From IMG/VR virus record IMGVR_UViG_3300028588_000060, positions 1 through 35,518 of that record: a stretch of 35,518 bases of DNA; one strand, written 5' to 3'. Every line of letters starts with the position of its first letter. The stretch's first letter is position 1. The translations under genes and the position numbers were made by a program. This document shows, piece by piece, positions 10,267 through 21,000 of the stretch. This stretch comes from a virus. Taxonomy: Duplodnaviria > Caudoviricetes. Below the pieces are notes generated by a model, which made no database searches, had not been told where the DNA came from, and saw only the letters and a list, made by a program, of their open reading frames with translations.

Positions 10267-10312
10267 TACGACGATCGGGACCGGTTCAGCCGGCCCCGCT
10301 GTCCTGACAGAG

Positions 10313-10349
10313 AGGCCGGTGCTCTTCGGAGTAGCCGGCCTTTTTGTTT
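10313..10349 (+). terminator. Intrinsic terminator after tail tube gene
   Basis: AGGCCGG-TGCTC-TTCG-GAGTAG-CCGGCCT then TTTTGTTT; cUUCGg tetraloop. Confidence 0.75.
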
Positions 10350-10363
10350 GAAGGGACAGACTG

Positions 10364-11341
10364 ATGGCAATTCCACTGACGGCACGCATGCCGGTTGAAT
10401 TTACGCCGCCTGCTCTGCTGGTGCGCAACCAGCTGATCGAGGCTGAGAATGCGCGCCGTGCCGAGCGCGGCGAAGAGCCGAACGACGCGATCAAGATCAT
10501 CGTGCGCGTGCCGACGATGTACGAGCGCGACTCGTTTTCGGCGGCGCTCGTCCGCGGCGGCGTCGTGCACTACTCGCGCAAACAGATCCGCGACCTGATG
10601 CTGGCGGCCGCCTCGCATCTCCACGACGATGCCGAATACGATCAGCTGTCGGCCGACTTGCAAGAGCTCTGGGATGCGGCGGATGCAATGAACGAGTGCC
10701 AGCAGCTGCGCACCGACCGTTACATCGCGTTGATGGAGCAACAGAAGAACCTGCCGAAGAGCGCCAAGCGCATGACGGAAGACGAGTTGGAAGCTGAGCT
10801 ACAGACGATCCAGCCGAAGTCGGTGATCGACGACCTGAAACGCGTGCGCGTAACGGCGATGCAGCAGGATCTGACGTCGCGGTATGAGCCTATCCAGAAG
10901 GCGTTCGCCGATCTGGCCGAGCAGGACACGCGGCGCGCCTGGCTCTGCGTCGAGCTTTACGTCGTCAACTGGCATGGTCTGCACGCTAAGCCAGACGGTA
11001 ACGGTCGCGGCGGCGTCACGCGCGCAGAAGCCGAGTTCCTGCGTGTGCAGATCGGTGCGGAGGCTTTCGAGCAGCTGGCCGATTTCATCTATGCCATGCA
11101 CGGCATTGACGGGGACGAGGAAAAAAACTTGGCCTCGCTTATCGAGAATTCATCCGCCCCGATTGGTTCGACGTTGGCGGAGTCGATGGCGAGCAACACA
11201 GCTGGACCCTCTACGGACACACCTACTGGTCCGACCCCCGAAAGCGGATCACCGAAAACCACCGACTCGTCCTCGCCATCTTCGAAGCGCTCAAGGACGA
11301 GAACGGGCAAGTCCGCACCTTCCCCGACGGCGGCTGCCTGA
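10364..11341 (+). CDS. Tail assembly chaperone (gpG-like)
   Basis: Follows tail tube; VVNWHGL; EEKN encoded by GAA AAA AAC slippery site. Confidence 0.8.
   Translation: MAIPLTARMPVEFTPPALLVRNQLIEAENARRAERGEEPNDAIKIIVRVPTMYERDSFSAALVRGGVVHYSRKQIRDLMLAAASHLHDDAEYDQLSADLQELWDAADAMNECQQLRTDRYIALMEQQKNLPKSAKRMTEDELEAELQTIQPKSVIDDLKRVRVTAMQQDLTSRYEPIQKAFADLAEQDTRRAWLCVELYVVNWHGLHAKPDGNGRGGVTRAEAEFLRVQIGAEAFEQLADFIYAMHGIDGDEEKNLASLIENSSAPIGSTLAESMASNTAGPSTDTPTGPTPESGSPKTTDSSSPSSKRSRTRTGKSAPSPTAAA
11122..11128 (+). promoter_or_regulatory. -1 programmed ribosomal frameshift heptamer A AAA AAC
   Basis: X XXY YYZ heptamer in correct phase; GGGG/GAGG SD-like sequence just upstream. Confidence 0.82.
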
Positions 11342-11421
11342 TCGATCAGCCGCTGGCATTGCTTGCAGCGTTTCGGGTACTGCGGCGCTGCATGATAGCT
11401 GAGATGCCCGCGAAGGAATGA
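11128..11421 (+). CDS. gpT-like frameshift extension of chaperone (97 aa, -1 frame; not in ORF track)
   Basis: Open -1 frame LGLAYREFIRPDWFD...TFPDGGCLIDQPLALLAAFRVL...PAKE*; its stop abuts the next gene start. Confidence 0.8.
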   Translation, partial: LGLAYREFIRPDWFDVGGVDGEQHSWTLYGHTYWSDPRKRITENHRLVLAIFEALKDENGQVRTFPDGGCLIDQPLALLAAFRVLRRCMIAEMPAKE

Positions 11422-11423
11422 CG

Positions 11424-12095
11424 ATGGCGAGGCGGTACAAGCGGCAGGGACCGGGGGCAGCAGCGGTGGTGCTGCCCCAGCTACGCGCCGCCTCGCACTA
11501 TTCGGTCGACAAGGCGACGACGCTCGCGAAAGGGCTGACAGAGCGCGCGATCGTCGGCGCCGGGCTCGGCCGACTGTCGAAGGCGGTCGGATCCACATCT
11601 TCGACGAAGAAGGGGCGCACGCGCACAGAATTCGCGTTCGGCGTCATCTTCGCCCGGGGCAGCACCGAAAGCCGCGGCAACCAAGCTCTGCTCTCCTACA
11701 GCGAAGGCGCGACGATCACGCCCGGTCGCGGCAAGAAATGGCTGGCGTTCCCAACTGGAGCCATCCCGACGCGCGTCGGCCGCAAGAAGATGACGCCCGA
11801 GCTCTACAACCGGTCCGCGCTGGTGCAGACGATCGGCAAGCTGCAGTTCGTGAAGGGCAAGAAGGCGAATGAGGCGTTCCTGGTAGCGAAGCGGGTCACG
11901 GTCTCGAAGCGCACCGGGCGCGCCAAGGCGAACACGGGGCGCGTGCCGCGGGGTTCCGACGCGAAGAAGGGCGTCGTGGCATTCATCCTGATTAAGTTCA
12001 CGAAGCGCGCGCAGCGGTTTGATCAGAAAGCGATCATGCAGCGCGCGAACCGGTCGACGCCGATCTTCGCGCAGGAATATTTGGAGCGCAACTGA
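11424..12095 (+). CDS. Basic virion morphogenesis / tail-completion-like protein
   Basis: AAGGA RBS (alternative ATG 11418); K/R-rich; EGATITPGRGKKWLAFP pattern as recalled from phage neck proteins. Confidence 0.6.
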   Translation: MARRYKRQGPGAAAVVLPQLRAASHYSVDKATTLAKGLTERAIVGAGLGRLSKAVGSTSSTKKGRTRTEFAFGVIFARGSTESRGNQALLSYSEGATITPGRGKKWLAFPTGAIPTRVGRKKMTPELYNRSALVQTIGKLQFVKGKKANEAFLVAKRVTVSKRTGRAKANTGRVPRGSDAKKGVVAFILIKFTKRAQRFDQKAIMQRANRSTPIFAQEYLERN

Positions 12096-12137
12096 CTCGT
12101 GCTATCGAGCACATCGTCAAAGCAAGGGAGCACGACG

Positions 12138-12374
12138 ATGACGAAAGCTAAGCCGACCGAAGAAGAGATCAACGCAGCCCGCGCGCTGCTGCGCCGCGCC
12201 GCGCCGGCCGAAGATGCCGCGATCGAGGCGATGCGCGACCTGGTCGCGATGCCGGAATTCGCAACTGTCGAGACCGCTATGCTCGAGGCGCAGCGGCTCA
12301 ACCCGGCAAACACCGAGCTCAGCTATGCGATCTCGATGATCAACCGCATGAAGACCACCTTCACGGTGGCTTGA
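12138..12374 (+). CDS. Hypothetical helical protein (78 aa)
   Basis: AAGGGAG RBS before ATG 12138; phage-like codon usage. Confidence 0.7.
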   Translation: MTKAKPTEEEINAARALLRRAAPAEDAAIEAMRDLVAMPEFATVETAMLEAQRLNPANTELSYAISMINRMKTTFTVA

Positions 12375-12433
12375 TAATTCGTGTAGCAAGGACGTGCGCT
12401 GAATAGGCAGCGCAGACTCGGAGATAGAACCCG

Positions 12434-12817
12434 ATGAATACGTCCATGCAAGCGAACGCCGTCACCCTCGCGCAGAAGGCCAGCGAGGCACGCACCGCGA
12501 TCGATGCGCTGCAGCTGTCACAGGCCAGTCTGAACTTGGCGAATGCGGCTAAGCTTACGAACGAATTGCCCGCAGTCGGGATCAGTGATGCCGAGGTGAA
12601 AGGCATCGCGAACCGCTTTCTCGGTTGGAAGCTGCCAATAAACTTCACCCCCGATGCCGGGATCTCGTTCAAGCCAGATTACAACGAGGGCACCGATTGG
12701 CCGGGCAAGCACGAGCCATGCGGCACTAATTTGCTGAGCGGCGCTCAAGCGGAAGAGATGGTCCGGTTCATTCTCGACAAATCGGCCACTGTCATGCCGC
12801 CTGCCGACGCCGACTAA
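12434..12817 (+). CDS. Hypothetical phage protein
   Basis: GGAGA RBS; RFLGWKLP...PDAGISF...GTNLL motif recalled from uncharacterised phage proteins. Confidence 0.75.
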   Translation: MNTSMQANAVTLAQKASEARTAIDALQLSQASLNLANAAKLTNELPAVGISDAEVKGIANRFLGWKLPINFTPDAGISFKPDYNEGTDWPGKHEPCGTNLLSGAQAEEMVRFILDKSATVMPPADAD

Positions 12818-12822
12818 ACCCG

Positions 12823-12846
12823 GAACTTGCGAAATTGCGCAAGTTC
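12823..12846. promoter_or_regulatory. Perfect 9-bp inverted repeat, candidate operator over a promoter-like sequence
   Basis: GAACTTGCG-AAATTG-CGCAAGTTC; overlaps TTGCGA-16 nt-TATTTC; no U-tract. Confidence 0.45.
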
Positions 12847-12854
12847 GCTATTTC

Positions 12855-12928
12855 GGGCCAGCGGATGACGTCTGTAGAGCTCCCTGCGGGAGACGTCACG
12901 GGGAGGGGCCACCCTCCCCGGCTCACCA
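12855..12928 (+). ncRNA. Candidate structured, tRNA-like RNA ending in ACCA
   Basis: GGGCC/GGCTC closing stem, TGACGTCT/AGACGTCA stem, GGGGAGGG/CCCTCCCC stem; 74 nt; lacks canonical T-loop. Confidence 0.3.
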
Positions 12929-12994
12929 CCTTCCCAGATAGATAGCAGCACGATCCGGTGCTATGCCCGCTCCCGACAATTCAGGAGCGCGCGC

Positions 12995-15871
<2,877 letters not shown>

Positions 15872-15901
15872 CCCAGATGAATGGCGCCTCCCCTGATCAG
15901 A

Positions 15902-16096
15902 CTAGATGCAGCGGCTTTCGGCGCACGCGTCGCATTCATCTTCATCTTCAAGCGGAGGCCCATCGCCACAACCCGAGCACAATCCTTGGGCACGGAACGC
16001 GGCGCGTCGGGTTGCGCGGCGTTCCCGCTCGGCTTGCAGCATGACGAAGGGCAGCATCAGCGCTTCGATGGCGGACTCAATGATGTTTTTCAGCAT
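15902..16096 (-). CDS. Small counter-oriented protein with C-terminal CxxC...CxxC
   Basis: AGAGGT RBS; CSGC and CDAC; fits the gap between esterase and GH5 genes. Confidence 0.65.
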   Translation of the reverse strand: MLKNIIESAIEALMLPFVMLQAERERRATRRAAFRAQGLCSGCGDGPPLEDEDECDACAESRCI

Positions 16097-16159
16097 GCCG
16101 ACCTCTTAATTGGCAAATCCAAAAAATTCCAGATCCGTTGCAGCAGTAAGGATTTCATT

Positions 16160-17407
16160 ATGAGACACATGATAATCGCCTTGGTTTTCGCGTTGTTGGG
16201 TTCGCCAGCAATTGCGCAGACCGAGCACATCGTCACCGGGGCCAGTCCGCCCGCGCAGATCAACGTCTGCCCGGGTGACACGTTGGTCCTGAAAAAGCAG
16301 ATCGGCCGCGAGATGCTGGCCGACGGGTCACGTGCTCCAGGCTGGCTTGCATGGAACGACCGGGCCCGGTCGAATGCTGCCGGCAATCTGTTCGAAACGG
16401 TCGGGGCCACCAAGCTGCGGTTCGTCGAGCTCGTGCAGGGCAAGGGCTGGGTCTATGCCCCGATCGACGCGGCGCCGTGTGCCAAGCCTGCGACGGTGCT
16501 GTTCGGCGCCAACCTATCGGGGGCAGAGGCGAGCGGCGGCGACGCTGTCCGCCCGTCGCTCGATGACTTGAAGGGGTATATCGATCGGCACGGCTTCGGG
16601 CTGATCCGCTATCCGTTCAAGGATTACCGGATGACCCCAGCGCGGATCGCCGAGGTGAAGGTTCTCGCCATGTACGCTCGCAGTAGGGGCGTGCCGTTCA
16701 TCCTCGACAATCACACCTATCGCTGGGACTCGGTTGAGCAGTTCGTTCGATTCTGGACCGACTTCGCTCGCAACTTCCCTGACGACGGCTCGGTGATGAT
16801 CGATCCGGTCAACGAGCCACGCGGCTTCGACGACCCGGTGATGACGAACGATTGGGAGCAGTGGCTGCGCGATAGCAATCTGATCATCGCTGGTCTGCGC
16901 GCGAATGGGATCCGCCATCCCATCGTTCTCGAATATCCGCAGTGGTCCGCGACGTTTCGCTTCGACAAGAAGGAGCCCGCATGGAAGGCGTGCGAAAGCG
17001 CAGGCTGCGCGATCGACCGCGGCGGTGGCTTGAAGGATCCGCTGGGCCTGACGTTCATCAACGCCCACCGCTACTTCGACAAGGGCTCAAGCGGCACGAG
17101 CAAGGAATGCGAGGCCCAGACGAGCGGCTTCGTCGAGTTCGCCGAGCAGCTGCGCAAGCGCGGGCTTAAGGGCTACATCACGGAAAGCGCATACGGCTCG
17201 CACTACGGCATACCGGCATCGTGCGTCGCGGTCGGTGCTGAGGCGCGGGCGGCGCTGCGCGCGAACGCCGACGTGATCAAGGCGGTCACATGGTGGGGCG
17301 GCGGCCGTGTCTGGCCGGAAGGCTACCTGTTCAAGATCGATCCGCCCAAGGCTGTGCGCTTCACCGCGCCGCCGAGCCCGTATCTCAAGCAGATCCGGGG
17401 CGAGTGA
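16160..17407 (+). CDS. Glycoside hydrolase family 5 (endoglucanase-like) with signal peptide
   Basis: TAAGGA RBS; MRHMIIALVFALLGSPAIA-Q signal; GANLSGAE, IRYPF, LDNHTY, NEP (16811), HRYFD, ITES (17177). Confidence 0.88.
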   Translation: MRHMIIALVFALLGSPAIAQTEHIVTGASPPAQINVCPGDTLVLKKQIGREMLADGSRAPGWLAWNDRARSNAAGNLFETVGATKLRFVELVQGKGWVYAPIDAAPCAKPATVLFGANLSGAEASGGDAVRPSLDDLKGYIDRHGFGLIRYPFKDYRMTPARIAEVKVLAMYARSRGVPFILDNHTYRWDSVEQFVRFWTDFARNFPDDGSVMIDPVNEPRGFDDPVMTNDWEQWLRDSNLIIAGLRANGIRHPIVLEYPQWSATFRFDKKEPAWKACESAGCAIDRGGGLKDPLGLTFINAHRYFDKGSSGTSKECEAQTSGFVEFAEQLRKRGLKGYITESAYGSHYGIPASCVAVGAEARAALRANADVIKAVTWWGGGRVWPEGYLFKIDPPKAVRFTAPPSPYLKQIRGE

Positions 17408-17745
17408 AACCCGACGACGTCTCGATCGTCCGATACGGCACCTGCCTGCTCGCTGAGGAAGCAGGTGCCACCGTCGGCGAGATCTCGTGGGAGGCCCAAG
17501 ACGGCGGCTGGTACGTCCACATGCTACGCACCGCGCGCCCGCGGCTTCTCGTCGCGCTTCTCGATGGCTTCCGGCAGGCGTGGCGCGACAGCGATAGGCC
17601 ACCGGTGATCTTCCATGTTCCCGATAGCGCGGCAATGCAGCGGCTTGCGCAGCGGTACGGGATCGAGCCGGTCGACGGCCTTTATGGAATTACTGATCCC
17701 GATCGGTTAAGGCTCCCGCAGCCGCATGGTGCGGCCGGGAGCTAG
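17404..17745 (+). CDS. Hypothetical protein, possible GNAT-like fold
   Basis: GTGA overlap with GH5 stop; LLAEEAGATVGEI, YVHML, RLAQRYG pattern. Confidence 0.55.
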   Translation: MKPDDVSIVRYGTCLLAEEAGATVGEISWEAQDGGWYVHMLRTARPRLLVALLDGFRQAWRDSDRPPVIFHVPDSAAMQRLAQRYGIEPVDGLYGITDPDRLRLPQPHGAAGS

Positions 17746-17749
17746 AACT

Positions 17750-17938
17750 ATGGCAAGTCAGAAGGTCAACAAGGCCGCGAATGCGCTCAATCCGACGCGT
17801 CGCGCACATTACGAGGTCGACCGGAAGGCCGAGTTGAAGGCCACGGGTAACGGCGCAACGCCCATCACCAATGCGCGTCTGACGGAGTCGGACTATTACC
17901 AGACCTGGGAGCAGGGTCAGATCGAACCGACGTTCTGA
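17750..17938 (+). CDS. Hypothetical protein (62 aa)
   Basis: GGGAG upstream of ATG 17750; followed by terminator. Confidence 0.6.
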   Translation: MASQKVNKAANALNPTRRAHYEVDRKAELKATGNGATPITNARLTESDYYQTWEQGQIEPTF

Positions 17939-17963
17939 TCGCACTCGCGATTGCAGTAAGCGT

Positions 17964-18001
17964 AGCGCCCGGCCGGTAAGACGGCTGGGCGTTTTTTGTT
18001 T
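17964..18001 (+). terminator. Intrinsic terminator closing the inserted cassette
   Basis: AGCGCCCGGCCG-GTAAGA-CGGCTGGGCGTT then TTTTGTTT. Confidence 0.8.
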
Positions 18002-18054
18002 CGGGAATGTCGTGTAATCGGGGCGCGACTGACTGTCGCATCAAGGGTGTCCGC

Positions 18055-21000
18055 ATGGCCCGGTCCAACCGCTTCACATCTTACCTCGGCGTCGAGATCG
18101 AGGCGAATGCCCGCACTACACTCTCCCAATTCGAGCGCGCCACCGAGAAGGCGTTTCAGCGGATCGAGGCGTTCAACAACAAGGGCGCCGGCAGGCTTGG
18201 TCTCGGCGGCCTGGGGATCGATCGCACCGCGACCGCCGGCCTGCGATCCACCACCACCGCGCTGAGTGCCACGCGCGCGGAAGCCGCCCGCGTCGCCCCT
18301 GCTATGGCCCGCGTGACCGCTGAGACGAATAAGGCGTCGGTCGGGTTCACGCGTGCCTCTCAGTCGCTGAGCATCGTGCAGGGGCAGCTGGGGCCCCTTG
18401 CCGGGCGTCTCGGCTCGCTGGGCACCGTGTTCCGCGACCTTGCCGGGATCTCGCTGGCAGGCGTGCTCGGCGGGGCGGGCGCGTTTGCGCTCGCCGGCGT
18501 CGCGACCAGCTACCAAAAGGTCACGGATCGTCTGCGCCCGTTCTACGACACGCAGCAGCAGACGAACGCGGCGATGGGCGACGTGATCAAGATCGCGCGC
18601 GATACGCGCCAGGCGCTCGATCCGGTCGCGCAGCTGTATAGCCGCATCACGCAGGCCGGGAAGGATGCAGGTCTTTCGATCGATACCACCCGGCTTACCG
18701 AAACGATCGGCAAGGCGGCGCGTCTATCGGGAGGCGACGAGGACACGCAGAAAGCCGGCATCGGCCAGTTCATTCAGGGCTTCGGTTCCGGCACGATCGG
18801 CGGCGAAGAGCTCAAGTCGATCCGCGAGAATACGTTTCGACTGGCCAAGGCGATCGCAGACGGTCTCGGCGTTCCGATCGCGGCCCTCAAGAAGCTGGGC
18901 GCCGAGGGTAAGCTGACCCCGCAGGTCATAAGTGAGGCGCTGGCGCGCTCGGCGGCGCAGATCGATATTGAGTTTGCCCGCCTGCCAAAGCGCATCGGTT
19001 CGTCATTGACGGAAGCAGGTAACAATCTCGGCGTCTTCATCGGCCGCCTCGACGAATCCGCGCACGCCACGCAAGGCATCGCCGAAGCGATCAGCGCGCT
19101 CGGCAACAACCTGCCGGCCGTCATCACCGGGGTGTCCGGTCTGGCCGCGGTGTTCGCCGTGCGCAGCCTTTCCGCACCGATCGACGCCGCGACTGCATCG
19201 CTCAGCCGATTCGCCGCAACGCAGCTGGCCGTCGCGCGCGGTACCGCCACCGCCGTGACGCCGCGGATCCAGGCGGCCGGCAAGACGTCGGCGGTTGCGA
19301 ACCGCGCTCGTGATGAGGCGCTGACGAACGCGTATGATCTGCGCAACGAGGCGCGTAAGCAGGCCCTTGTCGTCGCGAACCTCGACGCACGCATCGCCAA
19401 GGAAACCGAAGCGGCCGCCGCACAGATGGCAGGGCAGCGCGCGGTGATTGCGGAGGCCGAGCGCGGGGCTGTCTTGGCGCAGGCCCGGGTCTCGGCAGCA
19501 CAGCAGGAGCTCGCTGTCGCCAACCAGGTGGCCGCGGTCCGCCGCACGTCCGACATCGAGGCCGCGCGGGCGCGCGTCGTCGCGATCGGGGACGAGCAGC
19601 GTGCGCTGGCATCCACGCGAGCCGGCGCGCAGCAGCGCATCATCGCCGCGCAGCAGGCAGGCGCCGCCGCCGCGACCAATCCCAACCTGACGCGATCCGC
19701 GCGGGGCCGTGCGGTCGACACGGCATCGCGGCAGCAGGCGATTGCCGAGGCCGAACTGACGACCGCGATGGAGGCGCAGGCTGGCGCGGCGCGGCGCCTC
19801 GCGGCGGCGCAGGCGGAACTGACCGGGCTGCGCGGCGCGGCGCGGACAGCGACGCAGGCGCAGCTGGTCGCGACGGAAGGTCTCGCGGCCGCTGAACTTG
19901 AACTGGCGGCGGCGACGGGCACCGCGACCGCGGCGACGACGCTCGGGGGGAGCGCGGCGAACAACGCGGCGCGCAGCGGCATCGGTTTGCTGGCGAGCCA
20001 GGAGGCGCGCATCGCGGCGAACCTCCAGCTGGCAGCGACGGAAGCCGCGGCGAATGCGGCGACCGCGGCGTCTATCCCGACGATCGCCCGGGCGACGGCC
20101 GCCACCGCCGCGCTGGCGAGCGCGAAGACCTTCACCAAGCGCGCCGGCGATCTGCTGTCCACCGGCGCATCGAAGCTGTCGGCGTTGCTCGGCGGCCCGG
20201 TCGGGATCGCGCTGACCGCGGCGACGGTCGGCTTCACCTATCTGGCCACGCGCACGAACGAGGCGAAGGACGCCGGCCAGCGCTTCGTCGACGCGCAGGC
20301 TGCGCTGCAACAGAGCCTTGGCGGCACCACCGCGGCCCTCGCCGCGCAGACTGCTCAAGCGCGCGAGCTCACGATCGCACTGGCAGAGGCCGGGGTGCAG
20401 AAGGCCAAGCAGGCGAAGCTGGCAGTCGGCACCGATCTGGCCGCGTCACTGACGGATGCCGCATCGAACATCGATCTCAGCACCGCGCAGGGCCGCGCCG
20501 ACTTCTCGCGCACGCGCCAGGTGGCGAGCAATCTGGCCGGCGGCCGTGACAGCGGGATCACGTTCAAAGATCTGAACGCGCTGCGGAAGCGCAACGCCGA
20601 TGCGTTCGGCAACAGCAACCTGTCCGCGGCGCTCGGCTCGAATCCGGCTGACACCGTGATCAAGGCGGCCGGGTTCATCCAGTCGAACACCGAGCTCCGC
20701 GATCAGCAGAAGGCTCTCGATGCGCTGCGCAAGGCGCAGAAGGCACCGCCGCCGAAGCCGATCGATCTGAGCGGCGGCGGCAAGGGCGGGCGCACGCGCA
20801 CGAACGCCGAGCTCGAGGCAGACGCCGCGCTGTATTCGAGCGGGGGCACCAAGTCGGTCCAAGCGGCCCGTGAGTTCCGCGCGACCAAGGCTAAGCTCGA
20901 CGCCGATCGCGAGCAGCAGACGAAGGCGGGGACGTTCTCTGCCGACGACGAGCGCGCCTATGTCGTGGCGCTGGGTGAGGCGCAGAAGCGGCTCGATGGT

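Noticed and set aside
311-10500. Very long minus-strand ORFs (311-2257, 2423-4408, 4868-8263, 8815-10500)
   Set aside because: Antisense shadows of well-supported high-GC genes; no motifs of their own
10884-11402. +1 frame ORF as the gpT partner
   Set aside because: Arg/Pro-rich shadow translation; the -1 frame has the slip site and motif
12855-12928. Canonical tRNA gene
   Set aside because: No TTCG T-loop, D-arm or 7-nt anticodon loop; kept only as a tRNA-like candidate
15881-16159. N-terminal extension of GH5 from the ORF track
   Set aside because: RBS and signal peptide point to 16160, and the extension overlaps the minus-strand gene
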